The notes under the pieces: generated by a model
What the model saw: the letters and a program-made list of their open reading frames with translations, nothing else
Told to the model about the DNA's origin: nothing
Databases searched by the model: none
Program-made: the position numbers and the translations under genes
From: Candidatus Zixiibacteriota bacterium
GTDB taxonomy: Bacteria > Zixibacteria > MSB-5A5 > GN15 > FEB-12
Direction: 5' to 3'
Assembly (NCBI GenBank): GCA_041742355.1
Contig: JBGSIV010000004.1
Span: 1-42,759 of the forward strand
DNA: 42,759 bases
Shown: one piece after another, positions 1-8,046 of the stretch
How the letters are laid out: each line of letters opens with the position of its first letter
How positions within the stretch are numbered: position 1 is the stretch's first letter

Positions 1-1
1 T

Positions 2-382
2 GCGGAACTCCTGTGGGCGGGGGATACGCTCAACTGGAGCAATATCAGCGCCGACAACGCGCCGCCGAGGGTGAACGAGAGTATCGGCGGCGGCGTACCA
101 ATCTCAAGCCGCCGCCAGCAGTATGAAACGATGCGCAACGACGCGAACAACGCGTTTGACCGGGCCACCCGTATGGCGATGCTTGCGATCGGCAACCACG
201 TTGTGAGCGCGCTGGAAGCGTATTTTGTGACGAAGCAGAACAATAAGAAAGTGCATGACGACGGTGAAGAATGGGGCAGCCGGAAAGAGTCATTCTGGGC
301 CAACGTGAAGGTGAAGCCGTCCCTGAAGTCGATGCACCAGAAACACGACACGCCGTATGTCCGCGTGACCTACTCGTTTTAA
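2..382 (+). CDS. Hypothetical exported/membrane protein, 5'-truncated by the window edge; paralog of the next gene (DUF5683-like)
   Basis: The frame of ORF 71..382 is open back to base 2. RQQYETMRNDANNAFDRA...NHVVSALEAY resembles RQTYRNLKNASREAYRRS...NRVVAVIDAV of the next ORF. Ends in an alternating strand with terminal Phe (VRVTYSF). Confidence 0.75.
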   Translation, partial: AELLWAGDTLNWSNISADNAPPRVNESIGGGVPISSRRQQYETMRNDANNAFDRATRMAMLAIGNHVVSALEAYFVTKQNNKKVHDDGEEWGSRKESFWANVKVKPSLKSMHQKHDTPYVRVTYSF

Positions 383-393
383 GGCGGGGACCG

Positions 394-1209
394 ATGAGAA
401 TGAGGATACTTGCGACAGCCGGGATCTTAACGCTGGTCACAGCCTGCGGAGTAGCCGCGGTCGACCTGCAGCCGACGCCGATCCAGACGGAGCTGCATAC
501 ATCCCTGCAGGGACAGGGGCGCGCCATCGTGCTGGCGGCGACCGACGATGACTGGGTAACGGACGAACAGACCGAAGCGCCGAAGGACAGCACCGTCCTC
601 AAATCCGGTCCATCAGGGCGCAAATCCGTGCTCAAAGCGGCCGCGCTCTCGGCACTGCTGCCGGGGCTGGGACAGATGTACAATGATCGGGGAGTGAAGG
701 CGCGGTACTTCTTCGCCGCCGAAGCCGTGTCATGGGTGGCGTGGGGGGCATTCCGGCTCTACGGCGGATGGAAGGAAGACGATATGATCGCCTTCGGCAA
801 TACGTATGCCAACGCGCAGCTCGACGGCAAGAGTGACGACTTCCAGGACTGGGTCGGGTTCTACGACGATATCGATGAATTTAACTCGGCCGGCCGCGTC
901 GGCGATCAAGATCGCCCTTACCTCGCGGACACGCCGGAGAATCACTGGAACTGGACCAGCGAGGAAGACCGGCAAACGTACCGGAACCTGAAAAACGCCA
1001 GCCGTGAAGCCTACCGCCGCTCCGATTTCATGCTGTGGGTGATGACGCTCAACCGGGTGGTGGCGGTGATCGACGCAGTCGTTGATGCCCGCAGGAGCAA
1101 CCAGGGAACGGCAGAGGAGTGGGAGTTCGGCGGGGTGAAGTATGATCTGGATTTCAACCCGTTTTCTTCGACCCGCCAGTTCACGCTGACGGTGTACCCG
1201 GGATTTTGA
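394..1209 (+). CDS. DUF5683-like exported/membrane protein, possible lipoprotein (271 aa)
   Basis: ATG 394 (or 400) gives the signal peptide MRMRILATAGILTLVTAC with lipobox-like VTA-C. Motif KSVLKAAALSALLPGLGQMYN followed by a hydrophobic helix is typical of DUF5683-type proteins. Terminal Phe. Confidence 0.7.
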   Translation: MRMRILATAGILTLVTACGVAAVDLQPTPIQTELHTSLQGQGRAIVLAATDDDWVTDEQTEAPKDSTVLKSGPSGRKSVLKAAALSALLPGLGQMYNDRGVKARYFFAAEAVSWVAWGAFRLYGGWKEDDMIAFGNTYANAQLDGKSDDFQDWVGFYDDIDEFNSAGRVGDQDRPYLADTPENHWNWTSEEDRQTYRNLKNASREAYRRSDFMLWVMTLNRVVAVIDAVVDARRSNQGTAEEWEFGGVKYDLDFNPFSSTRQFTLTVYPGF

Positions 1210-1216
1210 GAGAAGC

Positions 1217-2170
1217 ATGCGACAGGGATGTCTGATGTTCACGCTCGCCGCGACCCTGTTGAACGGCTGCGGCGGGCCGAAGTTCGATGTGGCCGAAACG
1301 GCGCCAATCGATGTGCCGGTCGGCGTTATTGTCGAACAGGAGATTTCCGGCCCGGTGCTCGGCCGGCCGCTGACCAGCCCGTTTGGCCTGGCGGTCAATG
1401 CCGAAGGGTCCGTGTACTGCGTTGATCGCGGGAATGACCGCCTCATCAAATTCCGCCGGGATCTCACTCCGGTGCGCGACGCCGGCGGAGCGGGCTCGGC
1501 CGAAGGGCTCTTGAGCCGCCCGGGGTTCATCAGTATCGACAACCAACTTAATGTCTTCGTGGCCGACGAGGGGAACCAGCGGATTTGCCGGTTCAACTCC
1601 GATCTCCTGTTCGTGGACGCGACTGATTTCTACGATGTCGACGACCCGCTGATGTTCGGCGAGCCGAGCGGGGTTGGTGTAAATGTGCACGGAGAGATGT
1701 GGGTCGGCGACCGTCAGCGAAACCGGATCGCCGTGTTCACCACGGCGGGCCAGTTTGACCGCTTCATCGGCGAGTTCGGATCGCGTGGAGGACAGGTGAA
1801 TACCCCCGAGGGGATTCGGGTCGATGCGGCCGGGCGGTTTCACGTGTGCGATGCGGGAAACGGGCGGGTGATTGTGTACGACCATTACGGCAACGAGGTC
1901 CGAACGCTCGACAACAGCGCGTTCGCGTACCCGATGGCGACGATCCCGCTGCCGAATGCGTCGTGGCTGATCGACGGCGGCAACGGGCAGTTGTTTTTCT
2001 GCGACCGCGACGGTAACATCCTCTTCCTGGCCGGACCGAATCTTCCCGGCAACGACCGGCCACTCCGGGAGCCCTCTGATATCGTGCTCCTCCCTGACAA
2101 CCGCCTCCTGATTGCCGACACCGGAAACAACCGCCTGCTCGTGTGCCGGGTGGTGAGTGGTTCCGAGTAG
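1217..2170 (+). CDS. NHL-repeat beta-propeller lipoprotein (317 aa)
   Basis: Lipobox LNG-C. About six repeats of P-x-G-[LIV]...[YF]-[VI]-x-D-x-G-N-x-R (PFGLAV..VDRGNDR, PGFISI..ADEGNQR, PEGIRV..CDAGNGR, PSDIVL..ADTGNNR). Confidence 0.85.
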   Translation: MRQGCLMFTLAATLLNGCGGPKFDVAETAPIDVPVGVIVEQEISGPVLGRPLTSPFGLAVNAEGSVYCVDRGNDRLIKFRRDLTPVRDAGGAGSAEGLLSRPGFISIDNQLNVFVADEGNQRICRFNSDLLFVDATDFYDVDDPLMFGEPSGVGVNVHGEMWVGDRQRNRIAVFTTAGQFDRFIGEFGSRGGQVNTPEGIRVDAAGRFHVCDAGNGRVIVYDHYGNEVRTLDNSAFAYPMATIPLPNASWLIDGGNGQLFFCDRDGNILFLAGPNLPGNDRPLREPSDIVLLPDNRLLIADTGNNRLLVCRVVSGSE

Positions 2171-2195
2171 CGGAATCACCGCGAGGTATGCCGGG

Positions 2196-5100
2196 ATGAA
2201 GCTGTCCGCGGCCGTAATCATCACAGTACTGCTCATCTCAGGTTCAGTTCACGCGACGCGGGTGACATTCACCGGGGGGGACATCCCGTCGTTTCATCCT
2301 ATCAACGCGAGCGCGATCTTTGCGGAGTCTGATTCGCTGCTGCTTAACGGGCGGGTGCTGGGACGGGATCAGGCCTACCGATTCGACCCGGTGCGACGCG
2401 GGTTTGATCTTTCGGGGGTAACCGCGCAACCATCGGATACGCTTGTCCTCATATACCAGCCGGTGCCGAAGTGGCTGGCGGCAACTCGTGGGCGGGTGCT
2501 GCCGGAAGTGGTGCCGTCGGTTGGATCCACGCCGGCAACTCCATTGCCGGCGAGACGTACCGGCGGGTTGCAGTCGATGGGGAATCTGTCGCTGTCGGGG
2601 GCAAAGTCGTTTCGCTTCAACGCTCGGTCGGCGGGAACCTCGGATTTCAGCCAGTCGCTCGATCTCACGGTGTCCGGGGAACTGACGCCGGGTCTGATGA
2701 TTCGCGGGGCGGTATCGGATCGTGGATACGATCCAGCCTACGGCACCGCGAACAGCCGTCTCAACGAGCTGAACAAGATCAATCTCGAGCTGGAATCCTC
2801 GCGCCTCCTCGCGCGGATCGGGGATATCGAGGTACAGAACCGCCTGCCGTTGACCCAGGGGAGAAGTAAGCGGATGGCCGGCGCGTGGGTGAGAGTGCGC
2901 GATCCATCGTGGTATGTCGAGGCGGCGGCCGCGCGGCCGAAAGGGCTGTTCGAGACCGTGCGACTGGCGGGCGAGGATGGCGTGCAGGGGCCGTACCGGA
3001 TCGGCAGTCGGTCGGAGCCGATTGTACCGGGGTCGGAAACGGTCTGGCTCGACGGCCGTCAGATAACGCGGGGGAGCAACAACGACTATACCATGGACTA
3101 CCCCGCGGGAACGATTACGTTTACCGTCAACCACCCTATCGACTCGCGGCGACGGATCGAGATCGACTATGAGCCGCAGGCGACTGACTATCGCGAGGAG
3201 TTGTTCTCCGGTGGCGGCGGAGTTGCGTTGGAGGACTCGGCGTTCGTGTTCGAAACGGGCTGGCTGCGCGAGGGGGATGATCGGGGAGAACCGCTCACCG
3301 GAGATCTGAGTGAGGGTGATCGGTCGATACTGGCCGATGCCGGGGACAGCCCGGATCTGACCTACCGGTCGGGTGTGCGCGCCGACACGTCCGGGGATTA
3401 CCTGCTCGTGGCCGACAGCCTGCCCGATTCGGTGTACCAGTATGTCGGCAGCAACGCCGGGGATTATGCGGTCACATTCAGCTATGTGGGAGGCGGGATG
3501 GGGGAGTATCGGAATCTGGGGTCGAATCGGTTTGAGTATGTCGGCCCGGCGAATGGGGACTACCTGCCGGTGGTCGTGCTGGCGGCGCCGGAACGAACGG
3601 ATCAGTATGTGGCGCGGGGGAAGTGGCGGGATCGCACGATCGGGGAGGTCGGGTTGGAGTACCGTCACAGCGAAGTCGACGCCAACCTGTTCAGCGAGCT
3701 GGACGATGACGACAATGCGGGGGATCTCTACGGCATGAACTACACGCGGCGTTGGGGGAAGCCGGAGCGCGGGGATGGAATCGATGTGCGGTCGCGGTTC
3801 CGCGAAGTGACCTTTCGCAGCCGGGATCGCCTGTATGAGCCCGAGTTCAACCGCAAGTTTCATCTGCCGGCGCTGTACGCACCCGTTTCGGATGAGTGGT
3901 GGCACGAGGGGTCGATGAGGGTGAGCCCGATCCGGGCGGTGACGCTTTCCCCGAGCGGAGGGCTGCTGCGCTTTGATGATGGCACCGAGGCGCAGCGAAG
4001 CGGGGTGCGCCTGCAGGTGCGGCCGCACAGGCAAATGGAGATATCCTCCGGAGTGCAGTCGATCCGCACCGATGTCCGCAGCGGCGACACGCTGACCGAT
4101 GGGGAGGCGATTCTTGCCGACGGGGCGATAGCTTATCGTCCGACGGAGAAGTGGCTGATGGCGACCGGCGCGGAGTACGATGACCGCACCAACGACTACG
4201 CCGGGATCGAGAGCGGGACCCGCTCCCTGCGTATCCATGCCGAAGCGGGACAGCAGACCGAGAAGCTGCGGGTGGAGCGGTACGTGGAAGACTCTCTTGC
4301 AGGGGACTGGAGTGAGGTGTTGCAACGGACACGGCTGGAGCTGCACTCGGTGCGGCGGTGGAAAGACCTCGGCTATTCGACCATGGCGGCCTACCAGTGG
4401 CTCGATCAGCCGGGGGCGGACGAGGCCTCGTTCCTTGGGCGCCTGAACCTCCAGTACTCGAACACGAAGCGGCGGCTGTCGGTGAACGGAACGTACCTGC
4501 TGTCGGAGGAGACGCGCAACGTTCGGGGGATAGCTTATCTCGAGGTTGAGCCGGGGCAGGGGGACTACGTCTACGAGGACGGCCAATACATTCCCGACCC
4601 GGACGGCAACTTCATCAAGGTGGAAGAGGTGCTGTCGGATCGGTCGGCGGTCTCTCGCGGGGAGAAGAGCTTCTCGGTCAGCAAAGAATGGAAAGTGGCG
4701 GCCCTCCGATTCAGTTCGCGCATCGAGGAGGAGCTGTTGCCCGAAGGGCAGCGTTCGGTCTGGTGGACGCTGCCGTTCTACTCGGATCCGGGAGATCCCT
4801 ACCAGTTTTACGCGGCGCGGTACTCCGGGGAACTGCGAATCGTGCCGATCAGGAACGCCCACGCGATCAATATTGAAGCGAGCCAGAATCGCGAGATTCG
4901 CTCGATCGGTGGGAGCAATCGGGAGCGCCGGGATCGGAAGGGAACCCTGACGTTCAAGCAGGCGGTCGGGAGCACGCACCTCGAGGAGGCGGTTGGAGTA
5001 TTTGACGCCGAACGGGATGAGTACTACTCCGGTGCGGGCATTATCGACGGATGGCAGACCGATCTGACCATACGGCACCTTATCCAGGCACACGAATTGA

Positions 5101-5432
5101 GCGCCGGGGTGGGGTACCGGGAAGCTGCGGGAGAAACCGGCGAGGAGTCGACGCAGTACCTGGTGCGCGGGGGGATGCGCCTCGCGGTCGTGCGAAAAGG
5201 AGAACTGCGGTCAACGCTCGATCTGTACCGGCAGACACTGGGCGGTGTAGCCGGGGTACCTTCATACACGCTGACGGACAATCGGACGGGTGGACGCGGT
5301 GCGGAGTGGTCGGTGGAACTACGCTATGGGGTGCGCAAGGACTTCCGGGTCAACTTCACCGTGTCCGGTCGCCACTCCGACGATCGTACCGCACGCGTGA
5401 CTGCGCGCGGAGAAATGGTGGCGGAGTTCTGA
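2196..5432 (+). CDS. Large predicted outer-membrane beta-barrel protein (~1078 aa) with N-terminal motifs resembling SprA
   Basis: GAGG at 2183-2186 precedes ATG 2196. Signal peptide MKLSAAVIITVLLISGSVHA, many amphipathic beta-strands, C-terminal ...GEMVAEF. Motif GSETVWLDG..TRGSNNDYTMDY..GTITF..IEIDYE parallels the SprA in this window. Confidence 0.75.
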   Translation: MKLSAAVIITVLLISGSVHATRVTFTGGDIPSFHPINASAIFAESDSLLLNGRVLGRDQAYRFDPVRRGFDLSGVTAQPSDTLVLIYQPVPKWLAATRGRVLPEVVPSVGSTPATPLPARRTGGLQSMGNLSLSGAKSFRFNARSAGTSDFSQSLDLTVSGELTPGLMIRGAVSDRGYDPAYGTANSRLNELNKINLELESSRLLARIGDIEVQNRLPLTQGRSKRMAGAWVRVRDPSWYVEAAAARPKGLFETVRLAGEDGVQGPYRIGSRSEPIVPGSETVWLDGRQITRGSNNDYTMDYPAGTITFTVNHPIDSRRRIEIDYEPQATDYREELFSGGGGVALEDSAFVFETGWLREGDDRGEPLTGDLSEGDRSILADAGDSPDLTYRSGVRADTSGDYLLVADSLPDSVYQYVGSNAGDYAVTFSYVGGGMGEYRNLGSNRFEYVGPANGDYLPVVVLAAPERTDQYVARGKWRDRTIGEVGLEYRHSEVDANLFSELDDDDNAGDLYGMNYTRRWGKPERGDGIDVRSRFREVTFRSRDRLYEPEFNRKFHLPALYAPVSDEWWHEGSMRVSPIRAVTLSPSGGLLRFDDGTEAQRSGVRLQVRPHRQMEISSGVQSIRTDVRSGDTLTDGEAILADGAIAYRPTEKWLMATGAEYDDRTNDYAGIESGTRSLRIHAEAGQQTEKLRVERYVEDSLAGDWSEVLQRTRLELHSVRRWKDLGYSTMAAYQWLDQPGADEASFLGRLNLQYSNTKRRLSVNGTYLLSEETRNVRGIAYLEVEPGQGDYVYEDGQYIPDPDGNFIKVEEVLSDRSAVSRGEKSFSVSKEWKVAALRFSSRIEEELLPEGQRSVWWTLPFYSDPGDPYQFYAARYSGELRIVPIRNAHAINIEASQNREIRSIGGSNRERRDRKGTLTFKQAVGSTHLEEAVGVFDAERDEYYSGAGIIDGWQTDLTIRHLIQAHELSAGVGYREAAGETGEESTQYLVRGGMRLAVVRKGELRSTLDLYRQTLGGVAGVPSYTLTDNRTGGRGAEWSVELRYGVRKDFRVNFTVSGRHSDDRTARVTARGEMVAEF

Positions 5433-7054
5433 TGACGAAGCTGATCTGCATACTCATCGGACTGGGGCTGACCGTCGGGACAGCGGCCGGACGACCGGTT
5501 GTCTTTAAGGGGCTGCCGCCGGCGAATGCCGACAAGATCGAGCGGCTGGCGGCGAGAGATAATGTGCCGGCCGATTCACTGCTGGCGGTGCTTCTGGCGG
5601 AAGGGTATCTGGACGCTGTCGTCACGGTCGACAGCTCCGGGGTTGTGGTAAGCGCCGGTAGCCAGGCTACATTGAGATCGGTGATCGTGGCGGGCGAAGA
5701 AGATTCATCGGTCGTGGGGTTCGCCGGGCCATTCACGCGGGCGCTGGTGGAACGGATCACGGACTCACTGGTCGCCGACCGGCAAAACGCCGGGCATTAT
5801 TTCGCCACCGTAAGTTTCGAGAAGATAGTGCGTTCCGGTGAGGAGGTCACCCTTCACGTCAGGTCGACGCCCGGGCCGATGGTCCGGGTCGGGAGTATCC
5901 GGTATGTTGGCCTTCGGAGAGTCCGGGCGGCCTTTATTGAGCGCTACCTGTCGGTTACGAGCGGCGACAGCCTGACGGACGAAGGCCTTGAACGCATCGA
6001 ACGGGCAGCCGGGGCTATCCCGCTGGTACGGTTTGTGCCGCCTGTGGCCGTACGCCCTCGGCCCGGGTACGCCGAGGCAGACCTTGAGTTGACGTTTGCG
6101 GAGGACCACCCGCTCGCGTTCGAGCTCGGCGGCGGCTATGTGCCGGACAGCCGGGAAGACGAATTGGTGTGGCATGTCGATGCCCGGTTCAGTAATCTCC
6201 TCGGGGGCGGTCGGAGTGCGCGAATTCTGTCGGAACGTCGGGAAGAGGGGCGGCAAGTCCTGCAGGTAGGCTACGCCCAGCCGGTCTTCCTGCTGGGGTT
6301 GGGGCGGGTGCGGGGCGAGGTGGCGACTCGGGATTACCGCGAGTCGTTCTATGAATTCGCGGTGACCGGCGGCTGGGAAGCGCGGATTCAGCCGGATCTG
6401 ACGGCCGGCGTGGACCTTGGCTACCGGGGCGTGGAACCCTCGGGGAATCAGGCCTCGTTTCGCGCCTACCAGGCAGGGTTTTCGGTGTCGTGGGAGCGTC
6501 TGGCCGATCCCCTGAATCCACGGGAGGGATTCCGCGCGGCGACGAGGGTAGCGTACAGCCATCGCCGGTACAGCGCGGATACCCTCTCCCGTGTTACGGC
6601 GAGGGCGTTCAATGAGACGCGAACGCGGTTTGACGCCGCTGTGTTCCAACCGCTGGTCGGGGCGTTGGTAGGGCATGTCGGCGTGGGATATCAGGGGCTG
6701 GAGACGGCGGAGGATCTTCCACCACTGTCGGAACTGGTGCTGGTCGGTGGGCCGGGAACGATCCGGGGGTACCGGAACGAGCAGTTTGCGGTCGTTCGCG
6801 CGGCGCTTCTCACGGTGGAACCGCGTGTACGTTTCGGCTCAGGCTACCTGTTCGGGTTTGTGGACGGGGCCTACCTTAACAACCGGGTAGCGTCGGTGGT
6901 TGGCACAAGGACCGACGAGGAGTTCAAAACTGGATACGGGCTGGGGCTGGCGGTCGTGACGCAGCGGCGGGGGGTGAAGTTGTCGCTGGGCTGGAATCCG
7001 GATCTCGGGTATGACGAGGCACGCCTCTCAATTCAGTTTACTTCCGAGATATAA
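5432..7054 (+). CDS. Omp85 (BamA/TamA) family outer-membrane protein with POTRA-like domains (540 aa)
   Basis: ATG overlaps the upstream stop (TGATG). Signal peptide MTKLICILIGLGLTVGTAAG; POTRA-type segments (AEGYLDAVV, NAGHYFATV, SIRYVGLRRVRAAFIERYL); barrel start NLLGGGR; Omp85 loop motif GGPGTIRGY. Confidence 0.85.
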   Translation: MTKLICILIGLGLTVGTAAGRPVVFKGLPPANADKIERLAARDNVPADSLLAVLLAEGYLDAVVTVDSSGVVVSAGSQATLRSVIVAGEEDSSVVGFAGPFTRALVERITDSLVADRQNAGHYFATVSFEKIVRSGEEVTLHVRSTPGPMVRVGSIRYVGLRRVRAAFIERYLSVTSGDSLTDEGLERIERAAGAIPLVRFVPPVAVRPRPGYAEADLELTFAEDHPLAFELGGGYVPDSREDELVWHVDARFSNLLGGGRSARILSERREEGRQVLQVGYAQPVFLLGLGRVRGEVATRDYRESFYEFAVTGGWEARIQPDLTAGVDLGYRGVEPSGNQASFRAYQAGFSVSWERLADPLNPREGFRAATRVAYSHRRYSADTLSRVTARAFNETRTRFDAAVFQPLVGALVGHVGVGYQGLETAEDLPPLSELVLVGGPGTIRGYRNEQFAVVRAALLTVEPRVRFGSGYLFGFVDGAYLNNRVASVVGTRTDEEFKTGYGLGLAVVTQRRGVKLSLGWNPDLGYDEARLSIQFTSEI

Positions 7055-7057
7055 AAG

Positions 7058-7086
7058 TTGACGCGCATAACAGCACTTCCTACAAT
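7058..7086 (+). promoter_or_regulatory. Sigma70-type promoter of the ubiA-family gene, probably leaderless
   Basis: TTGACG (7058-7063) - 17 bp - TACAAT (7081-7086). ATG 7093 follows after 6 nt, with no canonical Shine-Dalgarno. Confidence 0.8.
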
Positions 7087-7092
7087 CGGGAC

Positions 7093-7938
7093 ATGCAACG
7101 ATTGTGGGATACGCTGCGCCTCGTGCGCGCGATCAACTGTGGATTAGCCGCGGCCGGGGTGGTGGTCGGGGCCTATATGACCTGGGTCGAGCCGACATAC
7201 CTCAAGCCGATCCTGGCCGCGCTGTCCACGATGCTCGTGTGCGCTGCGGGGAATGCCATGAACGATCTGCTCGATATCCGCTCCGACCGGATGAACCACC
7301 CGGAGCGGGTGCTGGTGACCGGGGCGCTCTCGAAGCAGTTCGCGAAAGCGCTTGCCTCGGGAAGTGCGGCGGCGGCGCTCGTGCTGGCGGTGTTTGTCAA
7401 TATCGACATGCTCGTCGCGACTGCGGTGGCCATGCTTCTCCTGGCGACCTATAACCTCGGCCTGAAGAACCTCCCGGTCGCCGGAAATGTGGTCGTGGCG
7501 ATTCTCGGGGGGATGACGTTTCTGGTCGGAGGGATGGCGGTCGATCCGATCCTTGTGTGGGTTCTTCCGGGGCCGCTGATTCCGGCGGTCTTTGCGGTCT
7601 TTTTCCACCTGGTGCGGGAGATTGTCAAGGATGCGCACGACATGGAGGGGGACCGGGTGGTGGGGTCGTCCTCGCTGCCGCTGACATTCGGCGTCGGAGC
7701 CTCGATGACGGTTGCGCTGGTGCTGTTTGCGGTGCTGACGCTGCTGACAATCTGGCCCGTGGCCGAGGGGTGGTTCGGGCTCTACTATAAGATCATCGCG
7801 GTTTACGTGGTGGACCTGCCGGTGCTGGCGATCCTGATTTTCGTGTGGGGAAACCCGACCTTGAAGATGCTTTCGATCGGTTCTGCGGCGCTGAAGGTCG
7901 GAATGGCCTTAGGTGTTGTAGCTCTTCTATTTGCATAA
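7093..7938 (+). CDS. UbiA-superfamily prenyltransferase, digeranylgeranylglyceryl-phosphate (DGGGP) synthase-like (281 aa)
   Basis: LVRAINC start, first Asp-rich motif GNAMNDLLDIRSDRMNHPER, YN..LK, second motif REIVKDAHDMEGD (REIxKD..DxEGD type of the DGGGPS-like subfamily), multiple TM helices. Confidence 0.85.
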   Translation: MQRLWDTLRLVRAINCGLAAAGVVVGAYMTWVEPTYLKPILAALSTMLVCAAGNAMNDLLDIRSDRMNHPERVLVTGALSKQFAKALASGSAAAALVLAVFVNIDMLVATAVAMLLLATYNLGLKNLPVAGNVVVAILGGMTFLVGGMAVDPILVWVLPGPLIPAVFAVFFHLVREIVKDAHDMEGDRVVGSSSLPLTFGVGASMTVALVLFAVLTLLTIWPVAEGWFGLYYKIIAVYVVDLPVLAILIFVWGNPTLKMLSIGSAALKVGMALGVVALLFA

Positions 7939-8046
7939 CTTTGCGTGAAACCTGGCGGACCGCCGGGCAGTATAAGACGGGTAACGGTCCGACTCACCTT
8001 CGAGACGGAGAGACCTTCGAAACATTTACGGCAGTATCGATAGATC

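Noticed and set aside
2244..5093. 949-aa - strand ORF, and similar long antisense ORFs (19277..21058, 34860..36326, 40648..42099 -, 31804..33003)
   Set aside because: They lie antisense to well-supported genes, have no recognisable motifs, and are expected shadows of GC-rich codon usage.
5051..5431. Upstream in-frame extensions in the ORF track (5051, also 271, 8858, 29306, 40654)
   Set aside because: They overlap upstream genes; downstream ATGs have an RBS or stop-start coupling and give proper signal peptides or family N-termini.
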